The notes beneath the pieces were generated by a model, which saw only the letters and a list, made by a program, of their open reading frames with translations, did not search any database and was not told the DNA's origin. From a virus (Duplodnaviria > Caudoviricetes), in IMG/VR virus record IMGVR_UViG_3300020352_000007, positions 1 to 40,794 of that record: a DNA stretch of 40,794 nt. One strand, given 5' to 3'. Made by a program: the position numbers and the translations under genes. Every line of letters begins with the position of its first letter. Position 1 is the first letter of the stretch. Shown here piece by piece: positions 17,417 through 27,443 of the stretch.

Positions 17417-17450
17417 GAGTGTGATATATATTCAAAGTAATATCATACTC
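17417..17450 (+). promoter_or_regulatory. 11-bp hairpin overlapping a GATATATA motif (17423-17430), ending 4 nt before the amidoligase start
   Basis: GAGTGTGATAT / ATATCATACTC inverted repeat (one G-U pair), 12-nt loop, no downstream T-tract. Confidence 0.6.
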
Positions 17451-17454
17451 TAAG

Positions 17455-18765
17455 ATGCAAAAACTAAATGTAAAATCCGATAGAACACAAATATTAAACG
17501 CTTCCTTAATAGGCCTAGAGTTTGAATTTTATTCTGATCTTTCTATCGAAGAAACACAAAAATCATTAAGTCAATTACTTGGAAAGAAAATCAGAGTGGA
17601 AGATAAAGCTCACTCTGATTTTCAACCAACTGTTGATGAATTTAAATTAGAACCTGACATGTCAGGTGGAAAAGGTCTAGTAGAATTAGTTACTGGCGCT
17701 ACGCCATATAGAAATGCTAGAATTATTATTATTAAAGTCTTAAAGTGGATTAGAGAAAACGGCTACACTACAGACAGAGCATCAATTCACGTAAATCTAT
17801 CGTTTGATCCTAAGTTTTTACAAGATAAACTTATGGTTTCTAAAATGAATGTACTTAAATTTATTTTAGAGTTTGACGAAGATCAAGTATATAGATTTTT
17901 TCCGGGAAGAAAAGATTCAACATATGCTAAATCTATAAAATGGATCATGCCAAGAGAAGAATCATATTTTTATGATGAATCACATACCAGTGCTAATAAT
18001 TTTAAATTTGCAGATACTAAATACTATGGTATCAATTTTTCTAAAAAAGAAAAGAATTATTTAGAATTTAGATATATCGGTGGTAAAGATTATGAAAAAA
18101 GACAAGATGATATCTTATACCTAGCAGAAAGATTTATATCTCAAATTTGGAAATCATGTAACGATCCTAGGTTTTCAACTCAAAATAAATTAGAACTTAA
18201 AAAAATTCTTAATAAAAATAAACCTTTAATAGATATGTTAAAGGACTATAAGAATTTAAATAAGAATTGGCCAAAAATAAATATTTTAGTAGATTTACAA
18301 GAATCTTCTCAAATAATTAGATTACAATGGCCTAGAATTAAATCTAAAATATTGAAATTAATATCTGATGGCACAATGGAGGCTGGAATTATTAATTATG
18401 ACAGCGATACTTCTTCACTGCAGGTTAAAGATGGTGTATTTAAAACTGCATATTTATTAGAAGATTTAGAATTAATTTCTTGTAAAATAAATGGAAATTT
18501 AGAAAATTGTATAATATACAACTGCGAACTAGAAGGAGCACAATTATATCAGTGTTCATTGTATCAAGGTACACAGGCAAAAGATTCTAAGGTAGAATCA
18601 TGTTTTACGCACGGTAGCGTAACATTAACTAATTGTTATGTTGCAGGAAGAGATACAATGTTTAAAGGTAAAATGATCGGTGGTATTTTTAGAGAAGGTT
18701 TTAAAAGCAATGACGCTAGATTTGAAGACACTGAAATAGTAGTAAGTAAAAAAATAAAAATTTAA
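17455..18765 (+). CDS. Putative amidoligase (COOH-NH2 ligase, Amidoligase_2-type) fused to a C-terminal beta-helix-like repeat
   Basis: IGLEFEF (ExE), EPDMS..VELVT, ASIHVN, KYYGINF and YLEFRYIGG in the expected order. C-terminal L.NC.I-type repeats. Confidence 0.8.
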   Translation: MQKLNVKSDRTQILNASLIGLEFEFYSDLSIEETQKSLSQLLGKKIRVEDKAHSDFQPTVDEFKLEPDMSGGKGLVELVTGATPYRNARIIIIKVLKWIRENGYTTDRASIHVNLSFDPKFLQDKLMVSKMNVLKFILEFDEDQVYRFFPGRKDSTYAKSIKWIMPREESYFYDESHTSANNFKFADTKYYGINFSKKEKNYLEFRYIGGKDYEKRQDDILYLAERFISQIWKSCNDPRFSTQNKLELKKILNKNKPLIDMLKDYKNLNKNWPKINILVDLQESSQIIRLQWPRIKSKILKLISDGTMEAGIINYDSDTSSLQVKDGVFKTAYLLEDLELISCKINGNLENCIIYNCELEGAQLYQCSLYQGTQAKDSKVESCFTHGSVTLTNCYVAGRDTMFKGKMIGGIFREGFKSNDARFEDTEIVVSKKIKI

Positions 18766-18766
18766 A

Positions 18767-19609
18767 ATGAGTGAAATTAGAAGTGGAAATTCTGGTAATT
18801 TAAATAAGTCCAGAGAATTCGATGAAAACTGCGAAAACTTGTTTCTAGATGAATTAGGAGATGAAATGACAGGTGCTTGTATGGTTCCTATTAATTTACC
18901 TAAGAAAGAAATTCGCAATATAATAAAAAGAGCTAAAAAATGGTTTTACAAAAAGTATGAATATTCTGTAAAAGAGAATTATTATCATATACCTAGAAGT
19001 ATTTTTGACACTTCATATTTTAAATCTACTAGAACGTTGACTTTACCAGATGCAGCTGCGGATGGTAGTGGAAAAGTATATTCAGTGTATGGATTATATG
19101 ATCTTCAATCTGGTTGGAACGGAACTGGTAATGGATTAGATGTTAGATTTCAAAGTGGGGGTGATTTCGCAGTAGAGAAAATGTTATTTAGAGGCATGTA
19201 CGAAGGTAGTGGAATGGCTGAAGCTGCAGAAGAATTACAATACTATGTTTTAAATGCTTCCATGGCAGATATGTCTAGACAAATTCTAGATAATCCAATA
19301 TCTTTTAGTTATTCTCAATTGACTGGTGATTTAAAAATCATGGGTGATACACCTAAGGGCGATGTTATATTGGAAGTCTATGAGACTATACCCGATTGTG
19401 CCCTTTACAGCGATGAAATTTTTTTTAGATATGTTAGTGCTAAAGTAAAACAATCATTAGGGTCTAAGTTAGCTATCTTTAAATTTGCTTTACCAGGTAA
19501 CGTAGATTTTGATTACGATGCTATTAAATCTATGGGAGACGATGAGCTTTCAGAGATAATAGAAGAAATAAATAATGACGAAGGTGTTGATTGGATGATG
19601 CACTCATAA
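18767..19609 (+). CDS. Neck / head-tail adaptor protein (T4 gp13-like)
   Basis: IRNIIKRAKKWF, LTLPD..VYSV and C-terminal FFRYVSAKVKQSLGSKLAIFKFALPGNVDFDYDAIKSMGDDEL. Confidence 0.82.
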   Translation: MSEIRSGNSGNLNKSREFDENCENLFLDELGDEMTGACMVPINLPKKEIRNIIKRAKKWFYKKYEYSVKENYYHIPRSIFDTSYFKSTRTLTLPDAAADGSGKVYSVYGLYDLQSGWNGTGNGLDVRFQSGGDFAVEKMLFRGMYEGSGMAEAAEELQYYVLNASMADMSRQILDNPISFSYSQLTGDLKIMGDTPKGDVILEVYETIPDCALYSDEIFFRYVSAKVKQSLGSKLAIFKFALPGNVDFDYDAIKSMGDDELSEIIEEINNDEGVDWMMHS

Positions 19610-19630
19610 AAAATTTAGATAAATAATAAG

Positions 19631-19987
19631 ATGGATTTTTATATCAAGTACATAGGCGACCCAAATTACGAGGCATCTCAAGTTCAAACTAATGGTGAAA
19701 TAGAAGAATTGATTCAACAAATTGAAACTATTTTATTTACAAATAAGAGAGAAGTGTTAGGTGAATCTAATTTTGGATGTAGCTTAGAAGATTTGATATA
19801 TTCATTTAACGTTAATGAATTTGAATTACAAACAAGAATAAATGAACAAATAAATCAATATTGTCCACTTGCAACTAAATATCACGTATCTACTGAAGTA
19901 CGCTTTTTAAAGGGAACTGTAAGAGATATTGCATATATAGATATTACAATAGATAGTAAATGGCTTGTTCAACTTAATATAAGATAA
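19631..19987 (+). CDS. Baseplate wedge subunit, gp25/gpW family
   Basis: IQQIETILFTNKREVLGESNFGCSLEDLIY, 118 aa, immediately before a gp6-like gene. Confidence 0.88.
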   Translation: MDFYIKYIGDPNYEASQVQTNGEIEELIQQIETILFTNKREVLGESNFGCSLEDLIYSFNVNEFELQTRINEQINQYCPLATKYHVSTEVRFLKGTVRDIAYIDITIDSKWLVQLNIR

Positions 19988-20008
19988 GAAATAAAGTAAA
20001 CCATAATA

Positions 20009-21838
20009 ATGGCAGAATTAAAATTTTTAAAAGCACTCAGAGTAAATGCAACTCAAATAAGAGAAGATGCTAGGACGTATATTACTAGGGTTTATAGTAG
20101 ATCTAAGACTTTGTTTACGGAGGCTTCTCCTTTTTCACAGATGATTAAAGTGTTAACTGAAATCACTGAACTTATTATGTTCTATATAGAAGATGCCACT
20201 GTAGAACAAAACATATACACTGCGCAACAGCCTGAATCTATTTATGGTTTATCTAGATTGACAGGTCATGATGCAACTAGAGGGTTTGCAGCAGTTGGTG
20301 AACTTGAATTTAGATGGAAACCTGGAGCAGATCTTAGTAAGATAGCTGGTACTGGAGTTAATATAGATCCTCGTGCAGAATTTAAGGTAGATTTAAATGG
20401 ACTTAAATACAGTTGTTTAAATTCTAAAGATAGATTTAGATTAGAAAAGGATAATAAATTTCCAATTAAAACTGCATTCATTCAAGGTAAATTTGAAAAG
20501 CAAACTGTAACAGGTACTGGTGAAAAATTACAATCATTTAACGTTAAAACAGGTGGAATAACTGATCATTCTAACGTCAGTATTTCTGTTAACGGTGAAA
20601 AATGGACCAAACATGAATCTCTTTATGATTTATTATCAGACGAAAAGGGATATTTACTTAAAACTGGAATCGGAGGAGGAATAGATGTTTATTTTGGTAA
20701 TTCTTCATTTGGTGCAATACCCGCACTTGGAACTACAATTGAAGTAGAATATATTAAACACGAAGGTCTTACTGGAAACGTAGACGATTCTCCAGATATT
20801 ACAATTAAATGGGAAGCATCTGGTGTAGATTCCAATGGAACTGAACATGATCTAAATGAATTTTTAGACGTAACAATTACATCTGCGCCAAAAATGGGAT
20901 CAGACGCTGAAAGTACTGATTTTACTAAAGTAATGACTCCACTTGCTAGTAAATCATTTGTATTAGCAACTCCAGATAATTATGAATACTTTTTATCAAG
21001 ATATAATATGTTCTCTTATATAGATGCATATAACACAACAGATGATCAATATTTAGACGACGATAATGTTATCTATATTTTCGCGGTACCAGACGTTAAG
21101 AAAAAACTATCTAAAAATAAAGATTATTTTTCTATGGCACAAGAAGAAATGTTTTTAGATCAAACAGAATATGACGCAATTCAAAAGGTATTGCAAGATA
21201 GCGGTCAACAAATGGTAACGACTGAAGTTGTATTTGTTAAACCAAAAATTAGAAAATATAGCATCGATATTAATATTAGATATTTTGAAGGTTTTACTAG
21301 ACAAGAAATTTACACTAGTGTTAGAGAAAAAGTTAGTGAATATTTATTAAACGTAACACGTAGAGATAAATTACCTAAATCTGATATTGTTTATATTCTA
21401 GAAGAAATAGAAGGTATAGATGCAGTAAATGTTAGATTCATATCTGAAACTGAAGAAACTGCAAGAAGATTAGGTTACTATGAATCAATTAATGTTTCAG
21501 TGGTTCCACAAGAACCTGTTACATTAGAAAATGTTCAGAACGGAAAACAAAAATACGTATTCTTTAAACGTTTAGAAGATGTTAAAATAATAGATGTTGA
21601 CGAAACCACGGAAATACCTGAAGATATTGTAGGATTAGACAGGTGGGGTGATATTATCATGGATAAGGAAGAAGTTGCAGTATTTAGAGGTGGCTGGCAA
21701 GATAGAGATGGTGATGAAATTGTTGACGATGTATTAATTAATGCAGAAGCTGCAGTAAGTATAAATTTTGATGCTGCTCCTGTACCTAGAACAATGTACA
21801 CTAGAGTACAAGCTGGAAATAGAAAAGCCATTAGATAA
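20009..21838 (+). CDS. Baseplate wedge subunit, T4 gp6 / baseplate J-like
   Basis: EQNIYTAQQPESIYGLSRLTG, VYFGNSSFGAIP..GTTIEVEY, GSDAES and VLATPDNYE. Confidence 0.85.
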   Translation: MAELKFLKALRVNATQIREDARTYITRVYSRSKTLFTEASPFSQMIKVLTEITELIMFYIEDATVEQNIYTAQQPESIYGLSRLTGHDATRGFAAVGELEFRWKPGADLSKIAGTGVNIDPRAEFKVDLNGLKYSCLNSKDRFRLEKDNKFPIKTAFIQGKFEKQTVTGTGEKLQSFNVKTGGITDHSNVSISVNGEKWTKHESLYDLLSDEKGYLLKTGIGGGIDVYFGNSSFGAIPALGTTIEVEYIKHEGLTGNVDDSPDITIKWEASGVDSNGTEHDLNEFLDVTITSAPKMGSDAESTDFTKVMTPLASKSFVLATPDNYEYFLSRYNMFSYIDAYNTTDDQYLDDDNVIYIFAVPDVKKKLSKNKDYFSMAQEEMFLDQTEYDAIQKVLQDSGQQMVTTEVVFVKPKIRKYSIDINIRYFEGFTRQEIYTSVREKVSEYLLNVTRRDKLPKSDIVYILEEIEGIDAVNVRFISETEETARRLGYYESINVSVVPQEPVTLENVQNGKQKYVFFKRLEDVKIIDVDETTEIPEDIVGLDRWGDIIMDKEEVAVFRGGWQDRDGDEIVDDVLINAEAAVSINFDAAPVPRTMYTRVQAGNRKAIR

Positions 21839-21840
21839 TA

Positions 21841-22113
21841 ATGAATATTTTTAAAAACATATTACTGTATAAAAGAGAAAAGTTATACAATAAGACTAAG
21901 GTAAGAAAAACCAGTCTTAAAAATAATGGATATAATTACAAAGAGACTAGCTTCATGGCTAAATCCACATCTAAACATATTCAAAGAAATGACATATTGT
22001 ATAATTTTATGATGTTTATAGACGACACCATTAAAGTATTATTGGGAAGTGTTAGACATTTAAAAAGATTTAAAAACTTTACAGTTAAAAAAGACGACAA
22101 TTCAACTAGATAA
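21841..22113 (+). CDS. Small basic hypothetical protein
   Basis: 90-aa ORF tightly packed between wedge genes, TAATG-coupled to the next gene. Confidence 0.65.
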   Translation: MNIFKNILLYKREKLYNKTKVRKTSLKNNGYNYKETSFMAKSTSKHIQRNDILYNFMMFIDDTIKVLLGSVRHLKRFKNFTVKKDDNSTR

Positions 22114-24905
22114 TGTATAAAAATTTAAGATTTTTTAAAGGGCTAGATTATGATTTGAATTTAGAACAAGATTCAAATGGAATATGGAATGGTGTTGTAT
22201 TTTTACCTGAAGTTTCGGTTGGATTATATGAAACTATCAACATGTTTATTGTTGAAGAGTGTATTTTTAACGGTGATCCTTTGATTAACGCACCGGTTGG
22301 AGACGCATCTTGGTCATATGGTTTTCAATTTGAATGGGAGGACACTATACAAAAAAAGGTAAACGGTGATAATTCTCATTCAACAGATATAATAATGTTT
22401 GGTATTGATGACGAAGGAAATCAACCCGTTATTAAAGAATATAAAGAACAATATCATGAGCTAATAGATAACTCTGTCGTAGATTCTACAAATGACGATG
22501 GTGTAAAAGTTATCAATGACAAAAACAATGTTGCAATTCAAATAAACATTGCTATTAATTCAAACGATGATACTCACCATAGAAGAACTTTATTAATAAC
22601 TGAAATTGGACCAGATGCTAGTAAAAGACTAATAGCCAATATTGTTTTTTATGGAGAAACAGTAGGCGAAGATGAAAGACTTAAAATTTTATTAAGAAAT
22701 TTTGGTGCAGCTTTAGAAGATAGTGATTTTATGTTATTTAAATCGCATGATATTAGTGAAATGTCACCTGATTTTATATTATTAAATGCCAAAAGAAAAG
22801 AATTACTTTTAGAATTACACAATATAAAACCATTTGTTGGTACATATAAAGCTGTATTAAATGCAATAGATTTTTATGGATATAGTAAGTTAACTCTTAA
22901 AGAGTATTGGTTAAATATAGACAATAAAAATAAAAATTTCGGTAAACTGTTCGCAGTTCCGGTTGCTAATTCATCAAAAAGAGGAGAATCTATTAGAAAA
23001 AGGCTTAAGTTTAAGCTACCTTCTAATACTATGAAAAAAACCAGTAAGTTTAGTTTAGTTTATACATTAAACGAACCTAATGGAACATTTGACCAGTGGG
23101 ATATTCCTAATGTAACCGAAACATTTGACTATACACCTGAAGAAATTTTAATTAAACTATATGGTTTAAAGAATAAACTTCAAAAAGAATACATGCCTCT
23201 AAAGGCTAAAATAATAGATATTACTGCAGAAGGTGATTATTTTACACAACGAAATTTAAATGTATGGAATAATCAAAATCCTATTAGTTATTTTAGTGAA
23301 GGCCACGATATAAAATTTAAAGTTTTACCAGAAAATAGAAATTTATTTATTGAAGATACGTCTCTCGTGTTAAAAACTATGTTAGATCAAGATGATTTAA
23401 CTAGCAATTATGACACTTTTTTAAATATGAAATTTGGAGAAGAGGACAATTTAAGTTCAGAACAACTTGTTGAACTAAAAGAAATCTATAAAGAATTTTA
23501 CAATACTTATTACAATAGAGAATTACACTCATACAACGAAGGTATTCCTATTGGGTGTCCTATAACATTGGACGGTAGAGATAGTTTTGATAGTTTATGG
23601 GAAGATGCTAAGTTTACATGGGAAGATACAACTGGATTTGGTCAAGGCTTAGATCCAATACCAAACGGCTTAGAACAAATTCATTCAGGTATTACTTGGG
23701 AAAACTGGTGGAAATCTTGGGTTTATGAAATAGAATGGGTAATTACTTCTAAAAAAAGAGGGTATAATCAAACATTTAGAGGTCCGATTGATGATTTTAT
23801 TTCTTTTCCAATAACTCTTCCATATGCAGATTCATATGATGTAGAAATGAGAACATATGATTTGTTTGGACATAGGTCTTATTATAGAACTAAAAATCTT
23901 ATTGAGGTTCAATTAAAAGAACTAGAGATATATGGAATCTATAAGTGGTTAGAGAAAAACGAGTGGAATCAAAAGAACAACACGTGGAATAAATCAGGAG
24001 GTTATTGGGATGTACCTCAAGATAATCAAACTAAAATAGAAGACAATATATCTACTTACTATTTGACCTTAGACAGAGCTAACTATGTGCATTTTGAAGA
24101 AGATCAAGGACTTAGATTCTCAACAGTAAGACGATACGTTGACATATATTCTGAAAGTGGTTTTTCTGAAACAACTGGACCATATCAGTGGGGAGAATGT
24201 TCGTTTAGATGGAAAGACACGGAGCACAATTGGTGGGATGCAATGAGAGTTGGTCCTGATTTGACTTCTAGTTTTAAAATAAATAATATAGAACAAGGTC
24301 ATACTCTTTTTATTTCTCATAAAAATCCTAAAACACTTGAAATAGAAACAGGTGAACATGTAATAACAAGTCCTACTCCGACTAATGTATTAGATTTAAA
24401 TGGATGGAATACAATAGCAGAGGAATTAAATACAAGTACAGATCCTATAATAAGTAAATTTAATTACAATCCAGTATTTGAAGATATTGATAATGTACCG
24501 GTTTCTGGAGACGTATTTAGATTTTTATTAGCAGTTGGGAAAGAATATTCAAAAACATATGATTTTGAAACTGTGACTAACACAGACAACTCTATATCTG
24601 GTGAAATACATTGTCAACACTATAATCCAACATGGGATGACACCAGAGTATTTAAAGACTACGCAGAAGTAGAAAGGTCTACGCACTTAACTATTTCTAC
24701 TGACATTTCTAAATTTCCAGGATCAAGTAAACCGATTTGGAAAATAAAAAATATAAGTAATCCAGAAATAACGGATATATACTATAATAATATGTGGCTT
24801 ACTTACATATTCCAGCAACCAGGATCTTATTCTATTGAGCTGGAAACGGAAGATACATATGGTAATAAAAACGTTGTAAAACGTAATATGTTAAAAGTAA
24901 AATAA
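22113..24905 (+). CDS. Putative baseplate wedge protein (gp7 / P2 gpI-like core) with Trp repeats and C-terminal PKD-like domain
   Basis: IKPFVGTYKAVLNAIDFYGY...KEYW resembles the gpI-type GT..A motif. Terminal YIFQQPGSYSIELETEDTYGN is PKD/Ig-like. Follows gp6. Confidence 0.55.
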   Translation: MYKNLRFFKGLDYDLNLEQDSNGIWNGVVFLPEVSVGLYETINMFIVEECIFNGDPLINAPVGDASWSYGFQFEWEDTIQKKVNGDNSHSTDIIMFGIDDEGNQPVIKEYKEQYHELIDNSVVDSTNDDGVKVINDKNNVAIQINIAINSNDDTHHRRTLLITEIGPDASKRLIANIVFYGETVGEDERLKILLRNFGAALEDSDFMLFKSHDISEMSPDFILLNAKRKELLLELHNIKPFVGTYKAVLNAIDFYGYSKLTLKEYWLNIDNKNKNFGKLFAVPVANSSKRGESIRKRLKFKLPSNTMKKTSKFSLVYTLNEPNGTFDQWDIPNVTETFDYTPEEILIKLYGLKNKLQKEYMPLKAKIIDITAEGDYFTQRNLNVWNNQNPISYFSEGHDIKFKVLPENRNLFIEDTSLVLKTMLDQDDLTSNYDTFLNMKFGEEDNLSSEQLVELKEIYKEFYNTYYNRELHSYNEGIPIGCPITLDGRDSFDSLWEDAKFTWEDTTGFGQGLDPIPNGLEQIHSGITWENWWKSWVYEIEWVITSKKRGYNQTFRGPIDDFISFPITLPYADSYDVEMRTYDLFGHRSYYRTKNLIEVQLKELEIYGIYKWLEKNEWNQKNNTWNKSGGYWDVPQDNQTKIEDNISTYYLTLDRANYVHFEEDQGLRFSTVRRYVDIYSESGFSETTGPYQWGECSFRWKDTEHNWWDAMRVGPDLTSSFKINNIEQGHTLFISHKNPKTLEIETGEHVITSPTPTNVLDLNGWNTIAEELNTSTDPIISKFNYNPVFEDIDNVPVSGDVFRFLLAVGKEYSKTYDFETVTNTDNSISGEIHCQHYNPTWDDTRVFKDYAEVERSTHLTISTDISKFPGSSKPIWKIKNISNPEITDIYYNNMWLTYIFQQPGSYSIELETEDTYGNKNVVKRNMLKVK

Positions 24906-24916
24906 ATAAATAAAAA

Positions 24917-25486
24917 ATGGCAAACATTATTGAAATTTTAGGAACTGATTCAGTTTCAGCATCTAGACCAACTATCAATACTAACTTTGAGTTACTAAAT
25001 GATGAATTAGCTTCAGTTATGGCTCTATTAAATCCAACTACGTTGGCGTTAACAGGAGTTTCTAGCGTTGAAACAACATCATTGACGGTTTCTAGTGGGA
25101 CGACAAATTTGTTTAAGGTAGAATCAACAGGTGGAATACAAGCATTAACTAATGCTTCATTTTCTAATAAGATCACATTAGGTGGTACTTTAGTTAAAAG
25201 TGGAGTTGCAGGTTCTTTGGCTATTCCAACTACAGTTTCGGCTCCTTCAGCAATTACTGCAATTACTTATTTTATAGAAAGTTCATTCAATTTACCAACT
25301 GCAGAAGATGGTCAAGAATTAACGCTAATTAGCACAAGTGCATCTATTTTAGATGTAGTGCCACAAGCAGGCGCCTCAATAGGTGCTTCTTCTATTAAAT
25401 TAGACGCAGCAAACTCTACTATAACCTTAAGATGTTTTAACGACGTATGGTACATTATTGCATCACACGCGTGTACAATCGCTTAA
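24917..25486 (+). CDS. Short fibre/baseplate appendage protein
   Basis: N-terminal TDSVSASRPTINTNFELL (IN.NF attachment-type motif), S/T-rich strands, and a C-terminal LPTAEDGQELTLI...WYII module. Confidence 0.6.
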   Translation: MANIIEILGTDSVSASRPTINTNFELLNDELASVMALLNPTTLALTGVSSVETTSLTVSSGTTNLFKVESTGGIQALTNASFSNKITLGGTLVKSGVAGSLAIPTTVSAPSAITAITYFIESSFNLPTAEDGQELTLISTSASILDVVPQAGASIGASSIKLDAANSTITLRCFNDVWYIIASHACTIA

Positions 25487-25504
25487 ACAAATAAAAATTA
25501 ACAA

Positions 25505-27442
25505 ATGGCAACACCTCTAGTTAGAATACCACAGCCACAAGGTGGCACTATGTATGCATTCGCGTCTTCAGCGAAAGATATGACTAGAGCCTTTAACAGT
25601 TCTGATTTAAACTTTGAGTTTAGTAAATTCGCATTATTGGATCTACCAGACTTTACACAATCTGTAAATGGCTCTAATACTATTGACTTTGAACTTAATT
25701 TAAAACAAACTTCAGGTCAAGATTATGTAGCTGGTATGCCTAATGTTGATTTTGCACAAACCTTTCAAAATTATGCTCTTAATATGGAAGAGCTTTTATT
25801 GAATGACGATGATTATGATCCAATTATTCTACAATCAGACGCTGAAAAGATTTTCTTTAAGTGGTTGTCTTCGTTAGGTGCAATTGATTTTAGAGCAACT
25901 GATTCAAATCAAAGTACATTAGGTAATTATGCTGAAAAAAGCAATGGAATATTAAGTGGGACAAATTACGATAGAGTTGTAAAGTACCTAGGTAGTATTG
26001 ATGCTGAAAACGACGTTAATTATCAAGGAAATACATATCACGAAGTATATGTCAATGTGCCAACATCAGTTGGTTATACACCTACTGTTTTATTTAGACC
26101 AACAGAGTATAATAGTTCTGCTACTAAAATATATGCTGAAGATTACGTAGAAGGAAGAACAGGTCAAAATCACCCAGATCCAAATATTAATTTAAATGCA
26201 GTTGTTGATAATTACACATTAGATAGTGGAGCATATTATGATGTGCAAACTAATGCTACAAATAGTGTTCAAATTGATTGGGATCCAGCTTCATATGAAG
26301 AAATAAACAATGATAGTAAAGTTAAAACTCTTTTAGATTTTGCTAAAAAAGGACAAAGATTTAATTTTAATGCTGTTTTAGTTTATTATGACATATATAG
26401 TAAATCTGTGCCAGCAAATAGAGCAACTAATTTATATGGAATTTTAATTTTAGATGATATATTAGACACATATGGACCTGGTACTAAAATTCACGAGCAA
26501 ATTAAATTTAAACCCAATGAAGTAACAGGTTTAAATGGTAATGCGTTTTCACTAAAATTAAATCTTAAGTTTAATTCATCACTCGATAATGTGGGTGTTG
26601 AAACTAGTGTAAATGATTTTACTACATTTTCTATGGATTTATTCATGGACACAACTACGGCCCTAGAGAATGCGGCTGAAGTAATGTTACAAGCTAATAA
26701 AAGATATAGTAAAATAGTAGAAAGATTAGATGGTATTGAAAATATAGTATTTTCCTCCAAAGACGCATCAACATTATCTTCTAAATTAGATTTATTAGAG
26801 TCTCAATTCGAGGCAGCTTCTATACAATTAGCAGATTCTGATGCGCTTTTAGCATTAATTACTAAAGCACATGCTAAGATAAATCAACTAATAGACGGTA
26901 CAATTCCAGTAGAACTACAATACAATACAGATGTTATTTTTAATGGAAAAGGAACTAGTGTTGACAAGTCTATTCCTAATAAAATAAAAATCAATAACGA
27001 AGTTGAGGGTTATTCTATGAATGAAATTTATTTATGGAATATTGCTGGAGAGGCAATAGCAACTAAACTTTCATCTACTTTGCAATTTGATGTTGCTATC
27101 GATGGAGAAGGAGCTGACAAATATGCATTATGGAGTAGTTTGTTATCATACTCCAATAGATTAAGTTTAAAATCAATTTTAGATGGAAGCCCTAATAGTG
27201 ATCTGAATATATACATAGATGACAAAGTAAATTCTTGGGAAGCTGGTCAAGTTTTAAAAATTTCTTTTGATGTAATTGATATGTCGGGACATAATATTAA
27301 AATTTGGACTGGATCAACTTCTGGGTTTACACAAAGCATAGCAGATATTGACACAACACAATTAATTACAAATAAACCGTATATCGAGATTGTCTGTATA
27401 GACCCTGTCTCATATGCGTTTGAATATGACATTTTAAGATAA
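25505..27442 (+). CDS. Virion structural protein (baseplate/fibre associated), function unknown
   Basis: 645-aa ORF in the structural run with FNAVLVYYD..NLYGILILD core and a central coiled-coil segment. Confidence 0.6.
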   Translation: MATPLVRIPQPQGGTMYAFASSAKDMTRAFNSSDLNFEFSKFALLDLPDFTQSVNGSNTIDFELNLKQTSGQDYVAGMPNVDFAQTFQNYALNMEELLLNDDDYDPIILQSDAEKIFFKWLSSLGAIDFRATDSNQSTLGNYAEKSNGILSGTNYDRVVKYLGSIDAENDVNYQGNTYHEVYVNVPTSVGYTPTVLFRPTEYNSSATKIYAEDYVEGRTGQNHPDPNINLNAVVDNYTLDSGAYYDVQTNATNSVQIDWDPASYEEINNDSKVKTLLDFAKKGQRFNFNAVLVYYDIYSKSVPANRATNLYGILILDDILDTYGPGTKIHEQIKFKPNEVTGLNGNAFSLKLNLKFNSSLDNVGVETSVNDFTTFSMDLFMDTTTALENAAEVMLQANKRYSKIVERLDGIENIVFSSKDASTLSSKLDLLESQFEAASIQLADSDALLALITKAHAKINQLIDGTIPVELQYNTDVIFNGKGTSVDKSIPNKIKINNEVEGYSMNEIYLWNIAGEAIATKLSSTLQFDVAIDGEGADKYALWSSLLSYSNRLSLKSILDGSPNSDLNIYIDDKVNSWEAGQVLKISFDVIDMSGHNIKIWTGSTSGFTQSIADIDTTQLITNKPYIEIVCIDPVSYAFEYDILR

Positions 27443-27443
27443 G

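Noticed and set aside
7524-24905. Bacterial contractile injection system (eCIS/T6SS/tailocin) interpretation
   Set aside because: A gp13-like neck (head-tail adaptor), phage-type DNA-metabolism genes and giant fibres, with no T6SS membrane complex or eCIS ATPase in view, favour a true phage.
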